A stretch of 64,000 nt of DNA from Octopus sinensis (Eukaryota): positions 110,236,001-110,300,000 of the forward strand of contig NC_043003.1 in the NCBI RefSeq assembly GCF_006345805.1, given 5' to 3'. The position numbers were made by a program, and so were the translations under genes. The notes below the pieces were generated by a model, which made no database searches, was not told the DNA's origin, and saw only the letters and a list, made by a program, of their open reading frames with translations. Of this stretch, positions 1 through 13,747 are shown piece by piece. Numbering within the stretch: position 1 is the first letter of the stretch; each line of letters begins with the position of its first letter.

Positions 1-237
1 AAACTATAACTGAAAAAAGAAGTGTGAGTATCTATAGAATTTATACACATTAATACCAATACCCGTAATATTTAAACACATTAATCCATGCATCATTTAT
101 GAGAAGATCTACATGGAATGGCGATAGGTGTCTTAAAAAAAACAACAAAAGCAACTATTTCCCTTCCTGCTGTCAAAGATCCCAGTTGAACTTATATCAC
201 GGCAAGAGACTCAAAAGTAGGCATGACCAAGGTTCTT

Positions 238-438
238 GGTCATGTTGCCAGTTTACCCAATGAAAACACATGCACTATATATCTGGTGTTAACTTGCTTC
301 AGCGTTATTTATTTTTAAAATTCGATATTTATTAAGTATTAATTGTATTGGATTGTATTAATTTCAAATAAAGCTGAAGCAAGTTAACACCAGATATATA
401 GTACGTGTGTTTTCATTGGCTAAACTGGTAACATGACC
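238..438. repeat. Fold-back inverted repeat (MITE-like), 73-bp arms and 55-bp spacer
   Basis: 238-310 is the reverse complement of 366-438 with 5 mismatches; no clear TSD. Confidence 0.9.
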
Positions 439-1140
439 ATCCCCAAATACAACAATGTATATACATAGGTATGTATATATATATATGTGTGTGTGTACGT
501 GTATACATGTACATGTGTATAACTATTGGTGTTTGTATATGTAAGTCTGTCAATGCCAAATGTAAATGAATGACCCCTACTTTAAATCGTTTGTCGTGAC
601 AATATCTTTCACCTAATAGTGTAGTAGCACCAAATCATGTATTATGTTTCAAAGTTAACACATAAATCTTATATTCCTATATTCTTTATACAGAGATATA
701 TGTACTTAAAGAACAAAATACTCATCATATCGATTGCATCACCCGAGAATAGTTACTGTAGCAATCCTATAACAAAATCGATATTCGTACATCTCATTAA
801 ATAGGCATAGTTCAAAGTTTCTGTGTAGACACAGAGAACTTATCTTCATAATGTCATTGGCCAAAAATACTTCTTAAGAGCCGCTGTACTTTTATATTTT
901 CATAGAGAAATGGTTTATATTTACAAGCGACATTTTAAAAACTAAGTTTGTTTTATATGGATATCTATGTTTCATTTCGTTAAAACAATTTATATGCTGC
1001 TAAAACCATGCAAAACACTGAATAGGTTTTGCAATTTTTATTGTTTCAATTACTTTTTAAAAATCAGGTGGACACTTAATGCAAAATATAGGGTCACCTT
1101 TGAAAGCTATATATTTATTAGAATTTTATATGTTTCCATC

Positions 1141-1188
1141 TATGTGTGTGTGTGTGTGCGTGTGAGTGGGTGTGTACGTGAGTGTATA

Positions 1189-1234
<46 letters not shown>

Positions 1235-1263
1235 TGTATATATATGTACATACATATATATGT

Positions 1264-1335
<72 letters not shown>

Positions 1336-1510
1336 CACATGTATGTACATATATACATGTATGTACGTATATATGTATGTATGCATATATGTGTGCATTT
1401 TTCTCTCTAGGTTTGGTTGTCTCTCGTTCCATTCCCATGTCTCGGGATGTGCATATGTAAATAGTATAAGTATATATATTTTTCTCTGTCGCACACACGC
1501 ACACAGACAC
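1141..1510. repeat. Compound (TG)n/(TA)n/(CA)n microsatellite
   Basis: Direct reading; source of the YIYI ORFs. Confidence 0.95.
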
Positions 1511-1833
1511 ACACGCACATACATTGAAGCAATTTTATGATGAGAACATTAAAAAATAACATTTGAGGAAGATCAAATACTCTCATTGGCGAACCCGGGA
1601 AATAATTCCGGAAATCCGGCCATTTTAAATTTATATGGGATTTTTAGCGGAACTATAACCCAGCGCACCGACTAGAAAACTAAAGTTTCAATTGCTTACA
1701 TACACAAACACACACATACACACACACGCACTGACACACACAGACATATATATATATATGTATATATGCATACATCTATCTATGTATCGCTATATATACA
1801 TATATATATGTATGTGTATATATATATATATAT

Positions 1834-1876
<43 letters not shown>

Positions 1877-2062
1877 TATATATATATGCATATATATATA
1901 TATATGTATATCTGTCAATTTATCTCTGTTTCTGTCTGTCTGTCTCACTATATATATATATACATATATGTATGTGTGGTGTGTGTGTATGTGTGTGCAT
2001 TTGTTACTCTTTTGTATATAAAGAAATTAATATTTAATAAATAAACAATTTTCATTCGCCAG

Positions 2063-2082
2063 CTACGGATGAACGGAAAGAA
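2063..2082 (+). other. Candidate 20-nt micro-exon
   Basis: aattttcattcgccag|CTACGGATGAACGGAAAGAA|gtaagt; two frames open; no homology support. Confidence 0.25.
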
Positions 2083-2127
2083 GTAAGTTACAAATATATT
2101 CGTTAATTTTGATGTGTGTATATATGT

Positions 2128-2280
<153 letters not shown>

Positions 2281-2318
2281 TATGTATATATATATATGTG
2301 CACGTATACATACAAACA

Positions 2319-2368
<50 letters not shown>

Positions 2369-2639
2369 TACATATATGTGTATCTGTGTGCCTGTGTGTG
2401 TGCGCGTACGTTTGTAATGCAAATACATATGCACGAACGCATGTCTACGATGGTGTGTAGTCAATTCATTATTTAGTAAGACTTGTCCTTTGCCTAACTT
2501 ATTGCGAACAACTAAAATATCTGTGAATGTGCTGCATAGAAACATAGCTTACACACGTATGTATTGAAGTTAGTATCTTCACAAGCTGTGCCCATGCTGG
2601 GGCGCAAACAGATCCTGTTGCTACATAATTTTTATTTCA

Positions 2640-3045
2640 CTATTTCTTTTTAGAATTTGCCATTTGGTACATGTGAGATTTAGACGCGGCTGCCCTCATT
2701 TGAACTTCCTGCTGTGAAGTTGGTTCGTCTGGGACTCTTGCCAGTGAGATATCTAGTTTTACTTTGAGGACATCTACCCCGTTTATGTTTCTCAGTTCCT
2801 TGGGGAGGATACTAAATAGCTTTTGGTCTTCAAAGCCCAGGGTATTGCAATATCTTGTCCTATATTTTGAAGACAAAGTTGGAGTCTTTGGCCGTTATAA
2901 CGTGTTGTCATATTCTAGCGTTACTGAAATACTCCGTACCGATATTTTGGATAAGTACCTTTAGAATCTTCCAGATGCATATTGTGCCATATATTTCCTA
3001 CGTTCCAGAGAATAGAGTATCAGTCTCGTGAGTCCCTCCCTAGTA
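2640..3045 (-). mobile_element. Non-LTR retrotransposon ORF2 C-terminal remnant (CR1/L2-group-like), frameshifted
   Basis: Minus-strand ..ICIWKILK.. then KLFSILPKELRNINGVDVLKVKLDISLARVPDEP, matching the post-RT tail motif WKIL...LFN.LP..IR...FK..LD..L..VPD.P. Confidence 0.75.
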
Positions 3046-3499
3046 GCTTATATGCCGCATATATATATATATATATATATATTTTGCCAACTAAGTTAGG
3101 CGTCCGACACAGGACAGTGCTACTCTTGTTTATAGCTTCAGGAAGGCATCTCTTCCACCTGGCTAACGACACACAATCTGTACCCGATTAGTATTTGCGA
3201 GAGGAGGTTATCGCTCCTAACCCTAGCCTTACGTGATACATACGGACTAGAGTTTCTGAGCGGTTCCCCGTCCTCAGCATGTGTTAACCACTAGTTAGTA
3301 ATGAAAACTCATTCTACTCGGAAATTACTATATACTTTTCTAGCGACTTGCAATAAGCAGGCTGGAAGGAGTGCGTCGAAAAGCAGAAGATTCTGTCGAA
3401 AAATTATATAATTTTTCATCCACTGCTTTTACTTTTTCTTTTAGATAAATACAGAAACAAATCTGCATATAATGTTTTCCCATCGTCTATATATGTTCG

Positions 3500-3580
3500 A
3501 TCCAGGAAAGACGATAGGCAAAGATGACCTCTGCGGAATTTTGAACTCAGAACGGAAGAAATGCCGCTGAGCAATTTGCA
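3500..3580 (-). mobile_element. Degenerate tRNA-derived SINE fragment, same family as 13222-13747
   Basis: aggcaaagatgacctctgcggaattttgaactcagaacg resembles aggcaaagtcgacctcggcggaatttaaactcagaacg. Confidence 0.65.
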
Positions 3581-3671
3581 TGGAGTACTAACGAATCTGT
3601 GAGCTGGCTGTGAGACAGGCACGCACATACATGCGCGCGCGCAAACACACACACACACACAAACTTACACA

Positions 3672-3711
<40 letters not shown>

Positions 3712-4099
3712 TTCTATAATTTCTAAATGCGCTGGAAGCAAAGTATATTAATATTTTTTCTTATTGATATTTAGAGCTGCCTCCAGCATGATCCATCCTA
3801 TGATCAGAGGCATAATTTCATGGCCCTATATTAATAGTTACGTGGGTATATATATATACATGACAGCTTTATATATAAAAATAATTCAAGTGTGTCCCTG
3901 CATGTTGACAGGAGAGTATTGAAGGAGAGTTGATTGACATTGCGAGCAGGATGACTTCATAGATGTTACCAGGTTAATTAAATATCACGAGTGAGGCGCA
4001 TTAAAATTGTTTAGTGATTGTATTAAAACACAAAAATCTTTTCGAATACATGAAACACACTCCTATCTAAACATAGACATAAACACACATGCAAACTCA

Positions 4100-4139
4100 C
4101 ATGCACGAATATGTATATATATATATATATATTATATAT

Positions 4140-4193
<54 letters not shown>

Positions 4194-4433
4194 ATATATA
4201 TCCATATATATATATCCATATATATATATATATACACATATATATATATACACATATACATATATACATATATGTATATATATATACATATATATATATA
4301 TATAATATATATATATATAATATAATATATATACATGTATGTTTGGATATTTGTGTATGTACCTGTATAGATAGATAGTCGCTTGCATCCGTGTATGTGT
4401 TTTCCTCATACATACATGAATATACCTATACAT

Positions 4434-4465
<32 letters not shown>

Positions 4466-4480
4466 GTATGCATATACGTG

Positions 4481-4546
<66 letters not shown>

Positions 4547-4570
4547 ATATATATACACACACACGCACAC
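4100..4570. repeat. Compound (TA)n/(TG)n/(CA)n microsatellite block
   Basis: Direct reading. Confidence 0.95.
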
Positions 4571-5052
4571 ACAGATATAAAATGTACGCAATATATTTAT
4601 TTAACATTATATCAGTACTGATGATTAGATTGCGTACTTTGCGCGGTTGATATTTCACGGAAAAAAATCTCTCTTAATTATTCTCAACTTCTACACTTTT
4701 GTTATTTACGAGTTACGGTAATATGAATTTCGCGTTGATTTATTAGAATTTTAACTTTGAAATGCAACTTCAAACGCCAAATGATATGAAATTTCAGTAG
4801 ATTCTTTAACCACATTTTATCAACTCACAAATATACATGGGTTGTAATATCTACGGAACGACTGCAAAACCACTTAGATTTCAAAGAAACATTTATATGA
4901 ATATTTGTATGTGTAAATTTAACTAAGAATATATAAAACCAAGGTAGTCATGCGAATGGAAGTATGAGACACATAAGGGAATATATATGCATAATACAGC
5001 TATATATGTCCTTAAATATGTGCATTTATATACTTATGGTCGCTTACGTTTG

Positions 5053-5088
<36 letters not shown>

Positions 5089-5836
5089 ATATAAGTACAT
5101 GTATATGTATGATTATATAGATATAGAATGCGTTAAAATATATTTGATATTAATAATACGAGGTGATGGATGATATGCAAAATTATTAACTTCTGAAGTT
5201 CATAACTTGTTCTGAATCAAACCATCAAATCTAACATGAAAGAACAAAAAAAAAAAAAGAAAAGAAGATATAATTTTAATGGATGTTTAAGGATACTAAT
5301 GACAAAAATGGATGCTCCCTTAAATTTAAAGTCTGCCAAACTGGATAGCTGGTGCAGGACTATGATCGTAAACACCTGCACTCACACACGCTGTCTGTGA
5401 CATTCCTATTTATTGTAAGGTGTGCTTTATTTGCTAAACAAAATTTCACTCTCATTTTAAAAAAGTAAATAAATAAAACAAACAAACAAAATGAATACGA
5501 CACTTATTAGTTATCTGACCTTTAGCAGGAAATGTGTGAACGATATGAAAGATTTCTATACTTTTACAGATTCAAAATAACTACATAAATAAATATTTAA
5601 CTAAATATACACAAATAAAATAAACTGCTATCTTCTCTCAGGTATTTAGTTGTTAAACTGGTTTATCAAAATTTACTGAACAGTGTATATGTTGTAAATG
5701 TCCAAATGAAATAAATAAATGCAGGAGGATCACACTGCATAACCATTAGCTGTTTAATATCAAATATAATCTAAAGTAAATAATTTGAAAGTTTAGTAAC
5801 TTTTAACTATTTAACCGAATACAAAATATAAATCAG

Positions 5837-5919
5837 CAATGACAATAGACACTAATGAAGATGGTAGACATTTAAAGAATATCTGGTTTAGTCATCTTCC
5901 GGACAGGGGATACTCACAA
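5837..5919 (+). other. Candidate 83-nt exon (..MTIDTNEDGRHLKNIWFSHLPDRGYSQ)
   Basis: Open frame ending at CAA|gtaagg; the acceptor (aaatcag) is weak. Confidence 0.2.
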
Positions 5920-7685
5920 GTAAGGAGTAAATACTGAGATTTAATTATTCTATGAACTAACTGTATACTTTGTTTTGAATATCATTTTCTTTAACTGATC
6001 TGCCTTCACAGCTGTTAAATGCTGATTCTCACTTTTGTATCAAAGAGATTTCTTGTTGTTACGGATATATATTTGTGTTCAAAAGTTGCAATATTTCCAT
6101 AAAAAATAAATGCATGATGATATACATCGTTATAATTCTATTTGACTGAACTTCCGCTCCTATGCAAAGTATTAATCACTTATGTGCTACGTAAGTAAAT
6201 ATAAATAGTTGGCGATCGATTCAAATAGAATTCTTATCCTATAGAATTATCACCATATGGAATAGATCTGTTCAGTTTGGTATTTTAGAAGTTATTTCGT
6301 ATTAAGGTGGCATTTGGGTAATTTCAACCAGTCAACGACGTCTATCCAAGTGAAGAAAGCTACTGCTGTTTGCGATAGTCATCGAAGAGGAACAACTTCC
6401 GGGTCAACTCTGCTACATATCACCACTGTGTACTTTTCGAATGTCGAGCTGTCGAGCGAAGACGATGCCACCTCCAAATGTTCAAAGTAAACCGTGTTCA
6501 GTGTGAGATATTCCACCAGTATACGGAATTTCAAACTGTTTAGTTAAAAGAAAAGGTAACTAAAACATCTGTGAGCCAAATTGAACAGATCTTACAGAAT
6601 TCAAACAGAATTATCACCATTTTCTTTTTTTTCTGAAATGATACAATTCATGAAACACAAAATGCAGATCCGTAACCAAACCTGAACAGATTCGCACCAG
6701 CATTTAAGAGATGATAGATTTGACATGTTTTAGAGAACTTCAGAACTTGCATCACACTTTGTAGCTTTACGGGATCCACAAGTATATGAACCATCTCCAT
6801 ATTGAAAGCTCTTACCGCATCTCTTAGTATACAGGATTTCTGCAACTAAAGGTTCATATTGAAACTGAACCCAGAGCTATGAATTTAAAATCGTTTAAGT
6901 AACCCTGTGTAAAAAAAAGCTCATTTGCTTTCTACGCAACGTAATCCTCTACTGCCTGATTGAACTTTCTACATGCAAAGCAGAAGTAATTTCATTATAA
7001 ATATATACATATACACATACACATACACGAAAACATGAAACAAACAATTTTTAAGGCATAGAATTACACACAAGTAAGTACAATTGAATACATGAATAGT
7101 AGAAGATAACAGTTTTTTTCTACATCTAATATGTGAATCTCTCTAGTGTCTTTCATCTAAATGCAAAACACGAAGGCCCTTGAATCTGTGGTTGCTCAGA
7201 CGCAGCTTAAATGGGCCTCTCTCCCTGTTAGGGTGGCTATAATTTCATTATGCTTGTATCCGATTGACAAAATAACTATAAGCCTCATGAATTTTATTTT
7301 TGTAAGAGATTACTGCTTTCGTAGTGCAGAAATATCCTACTATAGCCCCGGAAATACTGAGCACACACATGCAGACACGGAATATCAAACCTACCAAAGA
7401 TCGTAAGAAGCGATTGACTCGTCTCTATATGGTATAAAATTTTAGAAGTCTTGCGAATGAAAAAAAGTACATGATATCAGGGAAATACAATATCGGTAAT
7501 TATACGGAATATTTACGCCAATAATGTCTTTCGTAATCGAACATATTGATGAGAGCTGAGAGTTAAAAACAAACATAAACGAAACTGAATTCAGATTCAA
7601 AGAAATTATAGAAATAATAATCATAAACCTCCATAACGGTTGTAATATGTGCAATAATCTCCATAGCAGCATCCCTGTCGCCGTT

Positions 7686-7981
7686 ATCGTAACAAGTAGT
7701 TGCTGCTGTTGTTGTTGTTTTCTTCTTTTTCTTCTTTATCTTCTTCTTCTTTTTCTTCTCCTCCCTCTTCTTCTTTTTCTTCTTCTTCTTTATCTTCTTC
7801 TTCTTCTTTTTCAACTCCTTCTTCTTCATCATATTCTTCTTCTTCTTCTTCTTCTTCTTCTTCTTCTTCTTCTTCTTCTTCTTCTTCTTCTTCTTCTTTA
7901 TCCTCTTCTTTTCCATCTCCTTCTTCAGCTTCTTCTTCTTCATCATATTTTTCTTCTTCTTCTTCTTCTTCTTCTTTTACA

Positions 7982-8063
<82 letters not shown>

Positions 8064-8195
8064 CATTATTGTTGTTGTTGCTGTTGTAATTATTATTGTT
8101 ATTATTATTCGTAACAGCAGCAGTGGCGGCAGCAGCCGCAGTAGCAGTGTTAGTAGTATTAGTATTAGAAGTAGTAGTGTTAGTAGTAGTAGTGT

Positions 8196-8244
<49 letters not shown>

Positions 8245-8246
8245 TA
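7686..8246. repeat. Compound trinucleotide array (GTT)-(CTT)-(ATT)-(GTT)-(GCA)-(AGT)
   Basis: Direct reading; source of the poly-K/L/S/V ORFs. Confidence 0.97.
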
Positions 8247-8643
8247 TGTTAAAAGAAGCACTGGTAGAAATAAAACTGTTGTAGTATTACAAACGAATAA
8301 GAGAACGAGCTTCAGTGGACAATGAGCTGAAACACTGAGTGTCTGTGCGTCGCATTTATTCAGGTTAATGAGCAGTGAAGATTATTTGCTGCACTGTTCA
8401 TTTGCAAGATTGCACAATAGCTATATTTATTCTAGTTCATTAGACGAACACTATAATTTAGGTCGAAGCTGGCGTAAAATATGTAATGTGATTATGGAGA
8501 GATTGAGGTAACAGTACACCGACAGTAAACACACACACACCACGTACTGTAAGTGGACAAATAGTCCATAAACAAGCAAATGCAGAACTAAATATAAATG
8601 AAAATACACACATGCACACTCACTATATATATATATATATATA

Positions 8644-8770
8644 CAGGAGTGTCTGTGTGGTTAACAACCACATGGTCCCGGGTCCAGTTCCACTGCATTG
8701 TATCTTGGGTATGTGTCTTCTAATATAGCCTGTGAGTGGATTTCGTAGACGGAAACTTAAAGATGCCCGA
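8644..8770 (+). mobile_element. Degenerate tRNA-derived SINE 5' part, family of 19893-20340
   Basis: caggagtgtctgtgtgg..aaccacatggtcccgggtccagttccactgc..gtgagtggatttcgtagacggaaac aligns to the 19893 copy. Confidence 0.8.
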
Positions 8771-8829
8771 TGTGTGTGTGTGTGTGTGTGTGTACATATA
8801 TATATATATATAGTGGTGGATACATATTT

Positions 8830-9140
8830 TTTCTAGAGTGGAATAAATGAAGACGAACCACTCCACTTTGGTGTTGGTTCTGCCATCAAAACACGAAATG
8901 CTAGATCCCTTCTTCCTCTACCCAATGGTATTTTTTTTCGCATCATGGAACATAATCACAACTCTGGTGCTACGCTTGTCAGTTGCTATGCCCCAAACAT
9001 GGTCACCACGGAGCAGGATGAATTTTACGACCGACGCCTTATGGGCGACTTTAATGCTCGTGCTAGTACTAACTATCAAGCATGGGAGGGTGTAATTGGT
9101 TGCCATGGTGAAAATGGCTTTCCTTCTTTGTCCATGTTTC
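8830..9140 (+). mobile_element. RTE-type LINE AP-endonuclease fragment
   Basis: FF*SG..EDEP..GVGSAIK, ATLVSCYAP, LMGDFNAR, WEGVIGCHG are RTE endonuclease motifs; internally deleted. Confidence 0.8.
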
Positions 9141-10215
9141 CCACGTAACTTGCGGCCAATGTGCCTTAAATTCGAAGCTGTCACATTCTTAGATGTCCCA
9201 CAATCGGATCACTTCTTCCTTGGCACTCATTATGTTAATAAATGTTATAATATTATGGTTCCTGTTAAATATATACTCATTGTACGCTTAATATGTATCA
9301 TTTCCCTTCATTTTCTTAAAGAAAAATGTCTAGATGAGCTATTTTCATTCAAAAGCTATTGGGGTGGCTAACCCCAAAAACTGACGTACCGGAAATAAAA
9401 AAGAAAAGATGTTACACCGAATAATGAGAACATAATCGTTTTGCATTAGTATGCAAACCAGCTGGGAAAAGTTTTATTAAATCCAATTCACAGAAATCCG
9501 AGAAATCCTAAATTTCACTCCTAAGCTATTAGTGTAATTCTGGGTTTATATCATACGACTCTTGAGGCATTCCCGTAAATTTACGTAGCTAGTCTAACAT
9601 ATATAGGTTAGGATTAAAAGGACTGGGTTGCTCCTTTGTTTGGTTGTCGAAAACGATCTATTTCCATTGATATTCCTGATATAACAGTCAGTTAGCTCCG
9701 CAGACGTTCTCACGTGTGTTTCCAACCAGTGATGGCAGCAAAGTCAACTCTGTTTGACAAACAACTTCAACTATTTTGGAAGTCATAATTGGTTCTATAT
9801 TCAACATAATGCAATTATGTAAATTAGGAAGAGTTTTCTTTATGTAATTTTGTATTAAATGAAAATAAACTTTCCCTTCGTGTAACAGCTTTAAAATTGA
9901 ATTACCGAGGAAAACACTTTCCTTTTTACTTTCTTGCTTTTGTCGTGGGTAGATACATTTTTGATTTTATATTTTATTTATTCATAGATAGTTTACAATT
10001 ATTCATAAAAATATTTTTCTTCTTGTTATATATCGCCTGTGGATATGTAATTTATTTCCAAAATTTGTTTACCTCGCAAATTTCATTGTCGCTTCTTTTA
10101 GGTCTTCAACTTTTCATTACAACATTCGGTGTATGTTTTTCATATTTATATATTTTCAAAGTAGAAGATGGAAAAAAGTCAATACACAAATGTGGCAACG
10201 AGTAAATGTCTGTAG

Positions 10216-10336
<121 letters not shown>

Positions 10337-13221
10337 TCAGATTCTTTTTTTATACATATCTTTAGAATGTTATGAAATGTTTTCTGATGCGGAATTTCTT
10401 CTGCAGGAGAGAAGTGAGCGTTGAGGATGCTGAAATCAACTATTTCTTGGAAAGCGACAAAAGTTTGAATCTTAACTTCAATGGACCTCAAAAATACCTT
10501 TGAATATTATTACAGTACCACGTCTTCTGTACACCTGAATACAACTACAGCAATACGATAAAATGAAATATAAACGCATACGAAAGTAGAAACTGCGTCA
10601 GTAACCTCGTGGGGTCCCAAAACATTAAGATAAGTACATTTACAACAAATATCGTATTTTAAAGGAACTACATTTTAATCGTATTAATATACGAAATTAC
10701 AGGGGATAGTGGAAAACAAATAAGCAACAACTACAACTACTGCAATGCACTCTATAATATAACAATCACTTCATTTGATTGCAGAGTATTTTTCTTCAAT
10801 ATTGAAGGGAATGCTGCATCTGTGATATCTATGCTTAGCATCTACTTATTCAAAAGAGTATCTACGCTCTCACCTTGATACATGAATTTGAGGCTGTTTC
10901 CGAAATATATATTTGTTTTACTATATCTTTGCCGATAAGCTATTTTGATTTTGTGACGTTCATAAACAAAATCTATCCATGCTTCCGAGTTCATATATAT
11001 GTCAATGAAACCATAGGACATCTTAATATTTCCATTAGTTTAAGAATTCCATGGCACATGGTGTTACATGGCAATCTGATATTTATAATGGAGCCATATA
11101 GGAATCCTAGAGTGGTGTTCTTGTTCAGGAAATAATTAGCTTCTGATCAAGGACTGAATATTTACAATGTTCACAAGCAATCATGTTGCAATACTCCTCT
11201 CTAATCTGAGGCACTACTAGCACGCACACTCACACAGAACAATACCTGCACACACGTACACACATTCCGCAGACTTCATCTAAATCAGAGATATCCGACT
11301 GATTTTCGAAACATGAATCTTCAACCAAACTTCGACATCTATCACACAGCAAATGCACCATTTATCAACAGCCACCATTCTCGAGAAATGTTTAGTCAGT
11401 TGCAACGAGTCAAATTTGTAGATCCGTCTTTCTTATTGTTAATCATATTTTGGTTCATCATTCTATTACATTATTAGATAATATCCAGAATCCTATGTAC
11501 CATGAATGCCGACCCTCTCGAATTGCTCCCTTCTTTTTCCAGTAGGTGTGTTGTATTTGAAAAGCAGTTTTGACATAGTCATTCATTTCGGAAGGATAGC
11601 GTAGGAAAACTGTACTGACTATTACTCAGTTATTTCTACATTAAATAAAATGTTTCATATGTGTATTTTTCTATATTGTTTAAACGGATTTAATAATATA
11701 CCCTTATATACTTAAAATTATTCGACAAACTAAATTGATTTTAATGTTACCTTTGGAATAACAGATACATGTGAAACAGAAATGTATGGCCATCGTTATT
11801 CTCATTTTCAGTTAGCCTAGGGTCCGAAGTTTATTTCGAACGGCGAAATTTAATGGGAAAACTCTAGTCTAACATCGAGAATATTGCCTTATAAACAAAC
11901 ATCGAACGAACAATTCAATGTTGAGCAGTCGTCCGATACTTATTTTCTATGACTACTTATCTACTGACAATCTCGCCATTTCCTCTCCATTATCAACTAC
12001 TTTTGCAACAGCAAAGGACTTGCAGACACTGAGATCACATAAAACCATTTATGAAAGAATACGAAACACCAAAGCTACCGAATCGAACATCAACCACTCT
12101 TAGTTACTCATTATTTAAGCGAAAGTGTATTGGTAAACGGCATTTAAAATAAGAAATAAGTAAATTCCTTTATTTCGAAATATATAATAAACAACGCTTT
12201 AACTAGCCAATCTACAAAGTTCAGAAAATGAAGAAGGAACTTATTGCATAAATATAAATCTCTATATTTTTCTGTATGCTAGTGAAACTAAGTCTAGATC
12301 AAACAGTTATAATTATATACTAGTCTAAAATAGAAAGAGAATCACATTTATTTGTCGAGTAAGGATATATTTTTATGTGTTCTTTTAATGTAGTTGTCCT
12401 CACAGAGTTTAATAAACTTCAAACTGTATTTGATATAAAAATGGCTACTAGACAAAGTAATAGTAAAATATTCTCTACAAAAAAGTAATAATAAAACATC
12501 CTTAAAGTAATAAATGGAAATATTATTGGAATTTGACTCTTGACTGCTGCGACGACTAGTTGTTTATTTCCTTCTCCAGTAAATGTAAAATATATTAAAT
12601 ATTTCATTTTCAACATACAGGAATAGTTTTAGCATCTACTAAGTGCATTTAGAGACATATCCCATTTTATATATATATATATATATACATACGCATAATG
12701 ATTGTGTTCACACTTTATTTAGATTCTTAACACACATTTCTCAAATAAACTGAATGTACAACTGAAAGATTTTTGTTCATGTTGACCTTATCTTTAGAAA
12801 CAATGCGTTTATAAATCTTTATAGGAACATCAAGATTCTATCAGTTTTATCTCCGATTAGCATCAGGTATTCCTAGGTATTTGCATAGTACGGGGAAGCT
12901 GCTGGTAGCCTACTCTTTAATAAGTATTAATAAACACCCATAACTATCGGGCGGTTAGCCCAACTGAAATGTAACGTACGGCTATATATCTTTAAAAACT
13001 TCATATCGCTATATAACATTAATACTTTGAAAAAGATTACAAGTCCACTAGCAATTAATACGATGATCTAATAGATTTAGACCCCAAAATTAATGTAATA
13101 TCGGACAAAGGTAAAATGAAAAAGCAATGAAGCGAGAGAGACCAAGAGAGTGGCCAGAGAGAAGAATTGAATAGTTTTATATGTAATTTTTTCTTTTCTA
13201 CTCTAGGCACAGCACCAGAAA

Positions 13222-13747
13222 TTAGATCGGACCCTTTCGTAACTGATATTTAATTTACCGACACCAAAAGGATGACAGACAAAGTCGACCTCGGTGAAGT
13301 TTGAACTGAGAACGTAAAGACAGACGAAATACCTATTTCTTTACTACCCACAAGGGGCTAAACACAGGGGGGACGAACAAGGAGAGACAACCGGATTAAT
13401 TTGATTATATCGACCCCAGTGCGTAACTGGTACTTATTTAATCGACCCCGAAAGGATGAAAGGCAAAGTCGACCTCGGCAGAATTTTAACTCAGAACGTA
13501 GCAGCAGACGAAATACCTATTTCTTTACTACCCACAAGGGGCTAAACACAGAGAGGACAAACAAGGACAGACAGATGGAGTAAGTCGATTATATCGACCC
13601 CTGTGCGTAACTAGTACTTATTTAATCGACCCCGAAAGGATGAAAGGCAAAGTCGACCTCGGCGGAATTTAAACTCAGAACGTAGCTGTAGACGAAATAC
13701 CGCTCGGCATTTCGCCCTGCCTCTAACGTTTCTGCCAGCTCGCCGCC
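13222..13747 (-). mobile_element. tRNA-derived SINE with three tandem 184-bp body units
   Basis: Head ggcggcgagctggcagaaacgttag with B-box-like gagtt(c/t)aaattcc; marker gacgaaatacc at 13323, 13507, 13691. Confidence 0.9.

Noticed and set aside
6648-6845. ORF with a faint ankyrin-like look (LRDAVRAF.MEMVHILV, LLNAGAN)
   Set aside because: Consensus spacing is poor, there is no convincing donor site, and another frame looks equally protein-like.
7563-8284. Poly-K, poly-L, poly-S and poly-V ORFs
   Set aside because: Trinucleotide array open in several frames on both strands; no coding signature.
13222-13747. Regularly spaced repeats resembling a CRISPR array
   Set aside because: The whole 184-bp unit repeats, there are no unique spacers, and it is a eukaryotic SINE.
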